The notes under the pieces were generated by a model that worked only from the letters and a program-made list of their open reading frames with translations, did not search any database and was not told the origin of the DNA. Shown in pieces: positions 27,142 through 36,170 of a stretch of 44,281 bases of DNA; the first letter of the stretch is position 1, and every line of letters starts with the position of its first letter. The translations under genes and the position numbers were made by a program. The stretch is from the sequence record SRR31156797_3911; one strand, given 5' to 3'.

Positions 27142-30066
27142 TTACAGACTAATGGTGTCGTCAAAGACTGTTTTTGCCCCACCGATCTTTTCCCCGTTGC
27201 CAATAGTTGCTCGGTAGGCGTTTTCTTTGAATCGGCTGAATAAAGGCGCGTACTCACGAAGGGCGTTGATATCTGTACTTATAACTTCGCTTATCCGCTG
27301 CTGTTTGAATGCAGGTGTAATCCCTGAAAGATACTCATTGCGCGCCACAGCTCCACGGGAAGCAGGCCCTTGGTGGGGGGTAAGGTTACCGTAGGTTCCG
27401 ATTATCAGTTGACTGAGCATGTCGTTGCTGATATCAAGGTTGGCAACCGTATCTTGCATTGCATCATAAGCTGCGTAGGTTTTGTCTACCTGCGGGTCCC
27501 GGTAGCTTACAACTCCAAAGTTACCTGTTAAATGGTTGAATTGGATGAAGCAGCCATAAGCCCCTCCTTTTTGGCGGACGGTATTCCACAGGTAATCCCT
27601 CGAAATCCATGTTTTCAGCACTTCAAAACTGCCTTTGTAGCTTTCTGTAGTAGGGAAAAGGGTGCAGCCCTGTACATTGTAAACCACTTCCGCAGAGGTC
27701 GAAAATGCCTGATTTGCAGGCAAGTCGATAAACGCAGATTGGGTTGGTGTTAAAGGACTATCATCCAGGCTAGAAACAATAGCTGGAGCTAATTGCTGAA
27801 AATTTTGTATGTCCTGATGATCTGCTGTGGTGGATATAACCAGTCCCTCTTTCTTGAGCAGAGTATCCTTGATGACCCCAAGAGCCTGCAGGAAATCCTG
27901 CTCCATTTTGTCGTAGTTCAATGCCAACTGCTTCAGTTTGAGGTAAGCGTGCGCGCCGTTAATGTATTCATTGTATTTCCCGGCAATGCTCAGGTTAGAA
28001 AAAACCCTGGTAGAGGCCAGTATGTATCCTTCACTCTGTACAGAATGCTCAGCCCAGGCATATTCCCGCTGCACTATTTCGCGGATACGCTGCCGATTGG
28101 TGAGGTCAACGTCGTTGAAGACCTCCGTTAACAGGTTGAGGGCTCTCTCCAGGTTAGTGGAAAGTGACTTGATGTGAAACCATTGTATAGGCCTGACAGA
28201 GTCCTTGGAGCCAGTTTGGATATAGGCATTGAAGGAGTGAGAGAATCCACCTGTGTACAAGTTTACATCCTTAGTGAATTGCATGTAGTCTTTACCTGCA
28301 GTTCCAATTTCAGTGAAAATGGTGCCGAATAAATCCAGGTAGGGGAGAAGGTCTGTCGAAATGCCTGAACAATCAAGTCCAAAGTCCAGGTAGCAGATTC
28401 CGTTGGTTGGGAGTTCGTTGATGAGAAGTTCGGTGTCGGCAAGACGTTGCGCGGTAGTTGCATATTGTTCGGGGGCCGGGTCAAGGTCGTTAACAATGAG
28501 CCGTGGGAGGAGTTGGAGATTAGAAGGGGAGGGAGGGGTTGATTGAAGTTTTATAAGTTCATGGGTACGTGTTACCAGCGATTGCCGTTGCTGCTCATTG
28601 AGTTGCTGTTCATATTTATGCAGGCGCTCTTGCTCGTGAGTCAAATTTTGCTGTAGTTTATCTGGGTCCGGAGTCAGGGTAACTACGGCTGATGCCTGAT
28701 TGTCAAGAAGGTGCTCTTGGATAAGCTGTTCAAAGTAACCATTTTCAAGGGCATCTCTTCTTATCTCAGCAAACAGTTCTTCCACCTGAAGGGCGGAAAA
28801 GGGGTCTAGCCCGTATTTCATGGCAGGCAGCGCCTTGCCTATAAGGTCTAATCCTCGCTGTGCCTTATTCATTTCTTCCCTGACTGAAAATTCATATTTA
28901 TTCAGCTCAGATAAAACAAGTTCCTGATCGAGTTTCTGGTCGACCATGTTGGCTAGAGTTTTCTGGTAGAGCTTGAGGAAGGCGTCTCTTTTTTCTGGAT
29001 CTGAGCCTATGAGGTAGGTCATCATGATTGTGGTATAGGTGGAGTTATCGAGAAAAAGACCACCAAAGTCATGACACAGACGCTCCTCAATGATAGCATT
29101 TTTAAGAGGAGAGGCATCAGAGTTAAAAAGAATGTGGGCGATAATCTGGAAGGCGGTATTTTTTTTACGCTCGCTCGCAGTCCCGATAATGCTGCTTACA
29201 GCGAGAAACGTTTTTTGAGCCAGTTCTGTGTCGGGTTGAACAGGGTAGCCAGCATCTCTGGAAACCGTATTCTGAACAGGGGTTCCCTGAACTATTTCAG
29301 CACGGGGAACGGGCTCAGGAAACTTACAAAGAAAATTGTTCTCTATAAAAGCAAGCTCCTCGGCAAGTGGTGCATCACCGTAGAAGAAGAACGTGGCATT
29401 TGAGGGATGATAATGATCACGGTGGAATTGAACAAACTGTTCGTAGGTGAGATCCGGAATAGAGGCAGGGGCGCCGCCGGATTCGTGAGCATAGGTTGAG
29501 CCAGGCAATAACCCCTGGTACGTTTGGTGAAAGAGGGAACGAATGGGGTCAGAAAAAGCACCTTTCATTTCATTGAGCACCACTCCGGAATACTCGATTT
29601 TTTCTTCAAGCTTCTCTATATGATAGTGCCACCCTTCCTGTTCAAAAGTTGTTTGCTGCAGCAGAGGATGCAGGGTGACATCACAGTAAACATCCATGAT
29701 GTTAAAATACTCTTTGTTGTTACGGGTGGCAAAAGGGTACCAGGTGGTATCAGCACCGGTCATGGCATTTAGAAAGGTCATTAGCCCACCTTTATTAATT
29801 TCACCAAAAACATCGTGCACCGGATACTTCTTTGACCCCATGAGTACAGAGTGCTCCAGGATATGTGCAACACCTGTCGAATCTTCAGGCACTGTCATAA
29901 AGGAAACGCAGAAGGTTTTGTTGGGATCACCGTTCTTTATGGCAAAGGCGGTGCAGCCAAGGGTGTTGTGTTGGAAACGATAAACAGTGGAATGGATTTC
30001 GGCGATATCCTGTTTGTTGATAAGGGTGAAGTTACTGTATGTATTTCCTTGGATAAATTCAGTCAT
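27142..30066 (-). CDS. M16C family metallopeptidase (presequence protease / insulinase-like)
   Basis: HILEH inverted zinc motif, FLNAMT, NEMKGA, SGG-P, VRQKGGAYG, SYRDP. Confidence 0.93.
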   Translation of the reverse strand: MTEFIQGNTYSNFTLINKQDIAEIHSTVYRFQHNTLGCTAFAIKNGDPNKTFCVSFMTVPEDSTGVAHILEHSVLMGSKKYPVHDVFGEINKGGLMTFLNAMTGADTTWYPFATRNNKEYFNIMDVYCDVTLHPLLQQTTFEQEGWHYHIEKLEEKIEYSGVVLNEMKGAFSDPIRSLFHQTYQGLLPGSTYAHESGGAPASIPDLTYEQFVQFHRDHYHPSNATFFFYGDAPLAEELAFIENNFLCKFPEPVPRAEIVQGTPVQNTVSRDAGYPVQPDTELAQKTFLAVSSIIGTASERKKNTAFQIIAHILFNSDASPLKNAIIEERLCHDFGGLFLDNSTYTTIMMTYLIGSDPEKRDAFLKLYQKTLANMVDQKLDQELVLSELNKYEFSVREEMNKAQRGLDLIGKALPAMKYGLDPFSALQVEELFAEIRRDALENGYFEQLIQEHLLDNQASAVVTLTPDPDKLQQNLTHEQERLHKYEQQLNEQQRQSLVTRTHELIKLQSTPPSPSNLQLLPRLIVNDLDPAPEQYATTAQRLADTELLINELPTNGICYLDFGLDCSGISTDLLPYLDLFGTIFTEIGTAGKDYMQFTKDVNLYTGGFSHSFNAYIQTGSKDSVRPIQWFHIKSLSTNLERALNLLTEVFNDVDLTNRQRIREIVQREYAWAEHSVQSEGYILASTRVFSNLSIAGKYNEYINGAHAYLKLKQLALNYDKMEQDFLQALGVIKDTLLKKEGLVISTTADHQDIQNFQQLAPAIVSSLDDSPLTPTQSAFIDLPANQAFSTSAEVVYNVQGCTLFPTTESYKGSFEVLKTWISRDYLWNTVRQKGGAYGCFIQFNHLTGNFGVVSYRDPQVDKTYAAYDAMQDTVANLDISNDMLSQLIIGTYGNLTPHQGPASRGAVARNEYLSGITPAFKQQRISEVISTDINALREYAPLFSRFKENAYRATIGNGEKIGGAKTVFDDTISL

Positions 30067-30078
30067 GGTCTGTGGTGG

Positions 30079-30528
30079 TTAAAAGGTTTTATGGGAATCA
30101 AGAAGCAGGGTAACGGGGCCTTGGTTGGTAAGAGTAACCTCCATTTCTGCCTGAAAAGTCCCAGTTTGTGGAGGAAATCCTATGCGGGTGCACTCGTCTA
30201 TGAAATCAAGATATAATTGTTGTGCCTTCTGCGGCGGAGCTGCAGACGACCAAGAGGGGCGACGGCCTTTACGACAATCACCATACAGGGTGAATTGAGA
30301 AACGACAAGTAATTGACCGTTCACATTGTTTAAGGACAAGTTCATGATACCATAAGGATCATCGAAAATACGGAGATTGATAATTTTTTCGGCAAGCCAC
30401 TTTATATCCTTATCGGTATCGGTAGAGTGAACACCGAGAAGGATAAGGAGTCCTTTTTCGATGGCTCCAGTGACAACATTATCTACCTTAACATTTGCTT
30501 GGGAAACCCTTTGGATTACAGCTCTCAT
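30079..30528 (-). CDS. dtd: D-aminoacyl-tRNA deacylase
   Basis: MRAVIQRV, SQFTL, GRRPS, NQGPVT; start ATG 30528. Confidence 0.95.
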   Translation of the reverse strand: MRAVIQRVSQANVKVDNVVTGAIEKGLLILLGVHSTDTDKDIKWLAEKIINLRIFDDPYGIMNLSLNNVNGQLLVVSQFTLYGDCRKGRRPSWSSAAPPQKAQQLYLDFIDECTRIGFPPQTGTFQAEMEVTLTNQGPVTLLLDSHKTF

Positions 30529-30691
30529 TGGATGAAATTGGATGTTGGTTATGGAGAAGAGGGGAAGAAAATTCCGAGTGGACCTGAATGACAGGACATG
30601 TTGACGACAATTCGTCATTGGTAATGCCAGGTCTTCGCCTTGTAGTTTGATAGTTAGTAATGGATTGGGTGGATGGCCATGTAGCCAGCCA

Positions 30692-31438
30692 TCAGTTCCT
30701 GGTCGGGACGGAGGCGTATTGGTGACCTGCAGCTAAGACATACTGGATTATAGAGACAGCTGCAATGGTAGCTGTCTCTCCGCGTAAAATGGAGGGCCCT
30801 AGCGAGAAGGGAAGAAAGCCTGATTCAAGGAGGGTGTCTACCTCTTGCCGGTGCCATCCACCTTCTGGACCTATGCAGATGCAAATGGGTCCAGGTTGTC
30901 TGTACATATCAAGGGGGAGAATAGAGGATTCCTCTTTTTCCCACGCGATGTATTTTTGGGTAAAAAAAGAAAAATCAATCTCTTCCAAAGAAGTCTGCTT
31001 ACCGATGTGCATGGGAGTAGGGCGCTTTGACTGTTTGCACGCTTCTACCATGATTCGCTGCCATCGTGAACGCCGATTTTCGTTCTTGGGGTTATGTTCA
31101 CAAAATTGGGTGCAAAGGGGGAGGAGTTGGGCAACTCCAAGTTCGGTCGCTTTTTGAACAACCATTTCCATTTTTTTTCCTTTGAGGACACCCTGGGCCA
31201 AAGTTATGGGAAAAGGGGATTCATGCTCGATTTGTCTTTTCCCAATTACCAGGGCGCGAACTGACTTTTTTGCAGACATATCAAGGGTGGCCAGGTAGAC
31301 ATGTCCGGATCCATCAATAAACTCAACCTGATCACCAGGTTGGAGACGCAAAACGGTTGAAATATGATGGGCTTCTGAGCCGGATATGGTGATACAGTTA
31401 TCCTGAATGGATTCAGGAGTAATAAAAAATCGACGCAT
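30692..31438 (-). CDS. rsmE: 16S rRNA m3U1498 methyltransferase
   Basis: HHISTVLRL, QKATELGV, EACKQS, IGPEGG, LGPSILRGETA. Confidence 0.94.
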   Translation of the reverse strand: MRRFFITPESIQDNCITISGSEAHHISTVLRLQPGDQVEFIDGSGHVYLATLDMSAKKSVRALVIGKRQIEHESPFPITLAQGVLKGKKMEMVVQKATELGVAQLLPLCTQFCEHNPKNENRRSRWQRIMVEACKQSKRPTPMHIGKQTSLEEIDFSFFTQKYIAWEKEESSILPLDMYRQPGPICICIGPEGGWHRQEVDTLLESGFLPFSLGPSILRGETATIAAVSIIQYVLAAGHQYASVPTRN

Positions 31439-31553
31439 GGAGTGTACTTGGACCGAAGAATGAGGAAAACGATACGATTATTAGAGCATACCGACTATCC
31501 TAATGACTCTGACATGTTGATGCAACCGGGAAAACAAAGGAATCTAAACTACC

Positions 31554-31590
31554 AAAAAAAAGGGCACCCCTTTTTCAAGAGGTACCCTTT
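31554..31590 (-). terminator. Intrinsic terminator of the selenopeptide gene
   Basis: Minus strand AAAGGGTACCTCTT-GAAA-AAGGGGTGCCCTTTTTTTT. Confidence 0.85.
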
Positions 31591-31622
31591 GTATCATACG
31601 TGCAACCTGCACGCGCTTATTT

Positions 31623-31958
31623 TTAGCTTCAGCCGCTTTTTCCAACTGGCTTTTTTACTTGTTCCCCAGTCTTATCTATGGCTTTTCCCGTTTCATCTTT
31701 GGCAGCATCTGTGGCGGTATCGACTGCTTTGTCGACCGTTTCGTTTACGTGTTTTTCAGCGCTCCCGGCGCTGGTTTTATCACCACCTCAGCCACTCGTT
31801 CCAGCAGGCTTCTTGACTTCGCTAGCGCTCCCGGCGCTAGGCTTGGCACCTCAGCCGCTGCCAGCGGCGTGTGCATTCGGTATCGAAACACCTCCTGCAC
31901 TGATCAGGCCGGCAACGCTAAGCCCGGCAAGCAACTTGTGGAGTTCTTTTTTCTTCAT
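31623..31958 (-). CDS. Predicted triple-selenocysteine secreted peptide / RiPP precursor, SbtA ('selenobiotic') family-like (111 aa, UGA at codons 36, 57, 110)
   Basis: AGGGAGG RBS; MKKKELHKLLAGLSVAGLISAGGVSIPNAHAAGSG-U-GAKPSAGSASEVKKPAGTSG-U-GGDKTSAGSAEKHVNETVDKAVDTATDAAKDETGKAIDKTGEQVKKPVGKSG-U-S-TAA; a hairpin 10-14 nt after each UGA; own terminator. Confidence 0.85.
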
Positions 31959-32111
31959 AACATCCTCCCTGAAAGGAAATTAATGAGGAGAAAAACAGAA
32001 AGAGTTCACCTATGGCTCACTGCTTTTCCATAGGAATACTATATTTGAATTTGAAAAGATGTCAAGGGGGGCTGGGCAGCATAGAGTTGAGGTAGCCAGC
32101 AGTGAAGATTT

Positions 32112-32588
32112 TCAAGAGATCCGCTTGTATTCAGTTATTCTATAGTTAATGGGACCAAGGGAGTGGACGGTACCGACAGCTTTGAACTTTTTGGAAGGGA
32201 TATTGGGAAAAAAAGTGTCCCCTTCAAATTCCTGTTCGATGAGGGTGATTAAAAGCGTATTTGCCCTGTCCATGGCATCTTTATAGAGCTGGGCACCACC
32301 GATAATGAAAACACGACTGTCTTTTGCACATAAGGACAGGGCATGTTGCAGTGTTGGAACAAAAATACAACCATCAAAGAGACCTTTTTTCCTGCTGGTG
32401 ATGATAATATTTTGTCTCCCAGGTAGTGGTCGGCCGATAGACTCGAAGGTCTTACGGCCCATGATGATGGGGTGCCCCATTGTAATATGTTTGAAAAAAT
32501 ACTGCTCAGATGGGAGGTGCCATGGGATGGCGTTCTTGTAGCCAATAACACCAGTTGGAGTCATGGCTGCAATGATGATTATTTCCAA
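32112..32588 (-). CDS. folA: Dihydrofolate reductase
   Basis: IIAAM...VIG...IPWHLP, IMGRKTFESIGRPLPGRQN, IIGGAQLY, GDTFFP; start probably TTG 32588. Confidence 0.93.
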   Translation of the reverse strand: MEIIIIAAMTPTGVIGYKNAIPWHLPSEQYFFKHITMGHPIIMGRKTFESIGRPLPGRQNIIITSRKKGLFDGCIFVPTLQHALSLCAKDSRVFIIGGAQLYKDAMDRANTLLITLIEQEFEGDTFFPNIPSKKFKAVGTVHSLGPINYRITEYKRIS

Positions 32589-32709
32589 AACAAGACCTTG
32601 TTGTTGCAAAATAGAAATGAGCGCTTGCAAATATTTTATGATCCATTTTAAGGTGCTTCTGTTTTTTGAGCAAGCAAAGTTAACAAATTATAATACAGAG
32701 GAGTGGGCT

Positions 32710-33657
32710 ATGCGATTTTTAATATATGGAGCAGGGGCTTTGGGACAGGCAATTGGCTGCATGCTGGCTACTAAGGGACACGAGGTTGACCTCGTGTTGC
32801 GAGAACGTTTTAAAAAAGTTCTCGAAAGTAAAGGACTTAAGGTGACCGGCATTTTTGGCGATTACGAGGTAGCTCCAGGTACGTTGAATTTGGTAACGAA
32901 TTTGAGTTGTCTTGACGGCAGTCCATATGAGTATGTCCTTATTACAACCAAGGCATATGACACAGAAGGGGCAGTCAAAGACATCGCAAACCTTGATGGC
33001 TTTACCGGTATGGTTGTCTCCATGCAAAACGGATGTGGAAATGTGGAACAGGTCGTGGCAGCTTTTGGCCTTGATCGAACGCTGGGTGCCAGGGTGATTA
33101 CAGGGTTTGAAATTGAGCGTCCTGGCACTGTCCGGATAACTGTCTCGGCCGATGATGTACATGTGGGTGGATGTCAACAGGGACATATCCCAGAGGCAGC
33201 GGTCCGGTTTGCCGAGGCTATCCATGGAGCAGGCCTGCCTTGTTGTGCAGTGGACGCTATCTACAAGGACCTGTTTGCTAAGCTGCTATATAATTGTGCC
33301 CTAAACCCTTTGGGGGCGATATTGGGGGTACACTATGGTGCGCTGTCTGATAGTGACGATTGCAGAGATATCATGGACAAAGTGATTGAAGAGACCTTTA
33401 TGGTCATAGATGCCATGGGATTTACGACCCACTGGCCGTCAGCTAGAGACTATAAGGATATTTTTTACGGTAAATTGGTTCCAATAACCTATGATCATAG
33501 GCCTTCTATGTTGCAAGATATTGAACACGAAAAGCCAACTGAAGTGGAAGCGCTCATCGGCTATGTTGCTGCACAGGGAAAGAAACGAGAGGTGGCGACA
33601 CCAACCTGCGATGTCCTTGCGGCACTTGTACGTTTCAAAGAGAAGCAAACATGTTAA
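32710..33657 (+). CDS. panE: 2-dehydropantoate 2-reductase (ketopantoate reductase)
   Basis: IYGAGALG, TKAYD, MQNG, KLLYNCALNP, SMLQD, TEVEALIG; start ATG 32710. Confidence 0.9.
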   Translation: MRFLIYGAGALGQAIGCMLATKGHEVDLVLRERFKKVLESKGLKVTGIFGDYEVAPGTLNLVTNLSCLDGSPYEYVLITTKAYDTEGAVKDIANLDGFTGMVVSMQNGCGNVEQVVAAFGLDRTLGARVITGFEIERPGTVRITVSADDVHVGGCQQGHIPEAAVRFAEAIHGAGLPCCAVDAIYKDLFAKLLYNCALNPLGAILGVHYGALSDSDDCRDIMDKVIEETFMVIDAMGFTTHWPSARDYKDIFYGKLVPITYDHRPSMLQDIEHEKPTEVEALIGYVAAQGKKREVATPTCDVLAALVRFKEKQTC

Positions 33658-33736
33658 ACAAAGAGCGGGGTTAGTGGCTCTTATAGCAAGGGAGCCTTGA
33701 AGTAATTGTTTGGTGGCTGGAGTGGAAAAAGAGGAG

Positions 33737-33782
33737 AAAAAAAAGACGCTTTCCTTGTCTATGATACAAGGGAAGCGTCTTT
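33737..33782 (-). terminator. Intrinsic terminator after recA
   Basis: AAAAAAAAGACGCTTTCCTTGT...ACAAGGGAAGCGTCTTT. Confidence 0.8.
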
Positions 33783-33810
33783 GGATAAGAAGAGAACAGA
33801 AAGAAATGGG

Positions 33811-34869
33811 CTAGTTCTGGGGAGGCTCTTTTGTCGGTTCCTTCGCCTCAGCACCTTGAGGCGCCATGCCTAAACCAAGACGCAACTTAGTATCAATGTC
33901 CGCGAGCATGTCAGGGTGCTCTTTGAGGAATTTTTTGGCGTTTTCACGTCCTTGGCCAATTCGTTCGTCCTGGTAAGAGTACCAGGCACCGCTTTTATCG
34001 ACCAGCTCATGCTCTACACCGAGATCAAGAAGATCACCTGTCTTTGAAATTCCTTCCCCATAGACCATATCAAATTCAGCAAGTTTAAAAGGTGGCGCGA
34101 CTTTGTTTTTGACCACCTTGACCTTGGTTCGGTTACCGATAACCTCTTGCCCGTCTTTGATTTGGGTCATCCTTCTAATATCGATCCGGATGGAACTATA
34201 AAATTTAAGAGCATTCCCGCCGGTTGTGGTTTCAGGGTTGCCAAACATGACTCCAATTTTCATCCGTATCTGGTTGATGAAAATAAGAACAGTATTGGTT
34301 TTTTTCAGGACACCTGCAAATTTTCGCATGGCATGAGACATTAATCTGGCCTGCAGGCCGACATGCTGGTCCCCCACGTTGCCGTCAATTTCGGCGCGCG
34401 GTACTAGTGCGGCCACCGAGTCTATGACGATGACGTCTATTCCACCACTTCGCATCAGAATTTCGGTAATCTCTAGGGCCTGTTCGCCAAAGTCAGGTTG
34501 GGAGATCAACAAGTTGTCCACATCGACACCTAAACGCTCGGCATAGGTTGTGTCCAAGGCATGTTCCGCATCAATAAAGGCCGCATTACCTCCCAACCTT
34601 TGCGCTTGGGCGATGACATGCAGGGCAAGTGTTGTTTTTCCTGATGACTCCGGCCCGTATATTTCTGTTATCCTTCCCCGGGGAAATCCTCCTACCCCCA
34701 GGGCAAGATCTATTGAGAGGACCCCGGTGGGGATAGCGGGAATATTTTCCCGTTCGTCAGATCCAAGGCGCATGATGGCACCTTTACCGAACTGACGCTG
34801 TATCTGAACCATTGCATTATCAACACTTTTTAATCTGCCTTCAGCAGCAGTTTCCTTGGACACAGCCAT
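33811..34869 (-). CDS. recA: Recombinase A
   Basis: [49 protein letters not shown]. Confidence 0.99.
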   Translation of the reverse strand: MAVSKETAAEGRLKSVDNAMVQIQRQFGKGAIMRLGSDERENIPAIPTGVLSIDLALGVGGFPRGRITEIYGPESSGKTTLALHVIAQAQRLGGNAAFIDAEHALDTTYAERLGVDVDNLLISQPDFGEQALEITEILMRSGGIDVIVIDSVAALVPRAEIDGNVGDQHVGLQARLMSHAMRKFAGVLKKTNTVLIFINQIRMKIGVMFGNPETTTGGNALKFYSSIRIDIRRMTQIKDGQEVIGNRTKVKVVKNKVAPPFKLAEFDMVYGEGISKTGDLLDLGVEHELVDKSGAWYSYQDERIGQGRENAKKFLKEHPDMLADIDTKLRLGLGMAPQGAEAKEPTKEPPQN

Positions 34870-34892
34870 GGGATCTCCTTAGCGTGGTTATT

Positions 34893-36137
34893 TCAATTTT
34901 CGAGAAGAGCTCGGCGTACAGTATCAAGAGCTGTGTACGCTGTTTTTTCTTGTACTTGGTGACGGTTCCCTGTGAAGTTATATAATGTCTCTGTCACCTT
35001 GTTATTGTGAAAAAGACCGATATACACAGTCCCGACAGGTTTTTCATCCGAACCGCCACCAGGCCCGGCAATACCGGTAACGGACACGGCGGTGCTGCAT
35101 TTCAGTTTTGTTGCCAGTCTTGCTGCCATGGCTCTGGCTGCCTGCGGGCTGACTGCTCCGTAGTTTTTAAGCAGTGCTTGGTCAACGTTGAGCAGTGTTT
35201 CCTTGAGAGCATTAGAATAAGCGATAACACCACCGGCAAACCATTGTGAACTGCCTGCCACCTGGGTTAATTTGGAGCAGATCAACCCACCTGTGCACGA
35301 TTCCGCCGCACAGAGCAAAGCGTTCCTTCCACTTTTCAGCATGAGATTACCGACTGTTTCAGCCATGGATTGCTCACCTGTACCATAGAGGTAAGTCCCT
35401 AGCGATGAGCGAATGGTATCATCAGTCGCAGAAAAAAGTGTGGCGGAAGTCTTTTGGTTATTTGTTTTGATAGTTAAGCTCACATGCACTTCACAGCCAA
35501 CCGGGTAATAGCCGATCTGGATGGAATCGGTTTCTTCCAGCTTGACCAGACGTGCATTGATTTCTGTTTCCGGCAGGCCAAAGGTCCGGTATAACTGCTG
35601 ACAAATATGGTGGTTACTTTGTGGGTACCACTCCTCCAGTGCCGGCAGAACTTTGTCGGAGAGGAGGTGCTCCATTTGGGGAGGTACACCGGGAAGAAAA
35701 AACAAGGGCTTGGACGCGTAGGGAAGCAGGTATCCTGCCATTCGGTAGGTCTCGTCGAGAATGGTCGCGTTTTCAGGAAGCCACGCAAGCTTTTCCACAG
35801 CAGCGCGCTTGCAGGCATTCATATTGGTCAGTCGTTTTTCAATATTAGCAACGACCTGGCCATGCATTACTCCTTTGAGTTGGAGTGACTCGATAACGGC
35901 TTGGTTGGTGAGGTCGTCAGTTGTACAGCCAAGACCGCCGGTGACGATGATAAAGTCAGCGTGTTCAAGACTCTGTTTTATCGTTGGCCCTATGAGAGCA
36001 AATGAGTCACCAATGGTATGAATAGACCTTATTACATGACCAGCTGCATGGAGCTTCTGGGCTGCATACCCGCTGGTAGTATTGTTGATCCTGCCTGTTG
36101 TCAGCTCGTCGCCGATGGCAATTATTTCCCCTATCAT
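34893..36137 (-). CDS. cinA: CinA family protein (MocF-like + NMN deamidase PncC domain)
   Basis: IGDEL..G, TGGLGCTTDDLT, LPGVP, AESCTGG, GAVS, TGIAGPGGG..KPVG; upstream of recA. Confidence 0.92.
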   Translation of the reverse strand: MIGEIIAIGDELTTGRINNTTSGYAAQKLHAAGHVIRSIHTIGDSFALIGPTIKQSLEHADFIIVTGGLGCTTDDLTNQAVIESLQLKGVMHGQVVANIEKRLTNMNACKRAAVEKLAWLPENATILDETYRMAGYLLPYASKPLFFLPGVPPQMEHLLSDKVLPALEEWYPQSNHHICQQLYRTFGLPETEINARLVKLEETDSIQIGYYPVGCEVHVSLTIKTNNQKTSATLFSATDDTIRSSLGTYLYGTGEQSMAETVGNLMLKSGRNALLCAAESCTGGLICSKLTQVAGSSQWFAGGVIAYSNALKETLLNVDQALLKNYGAVSPQAARAMAARLATKLKCSTAVSVTGIAGPGGGSDEKPVGTVYIGLFHNNKVTETLYNFTGNRHQVQEKTAYTALDTVRRALLEN

Positions 36138-36170
36138 CTGTTTCGTCTCCCTTTTTGAACAGGGGGCACT

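Noticed and set aside
31623-31958. Reading the UGA-interrupted frame as a pseudogene
   Set aside because: All three stops are TGA in the same Ser-Gly context, each followed by a hairpin; random decay would not give this pattern.
31442-32033. Plus-strand ORFs 31442-31816, 31659-32033 and 31678-31983
   Set aside because: They have no recognisable motifs or RBS and lie antisense to the UGA-containing gene, which has an RBS, SECIS-like hairpins and a terminator.
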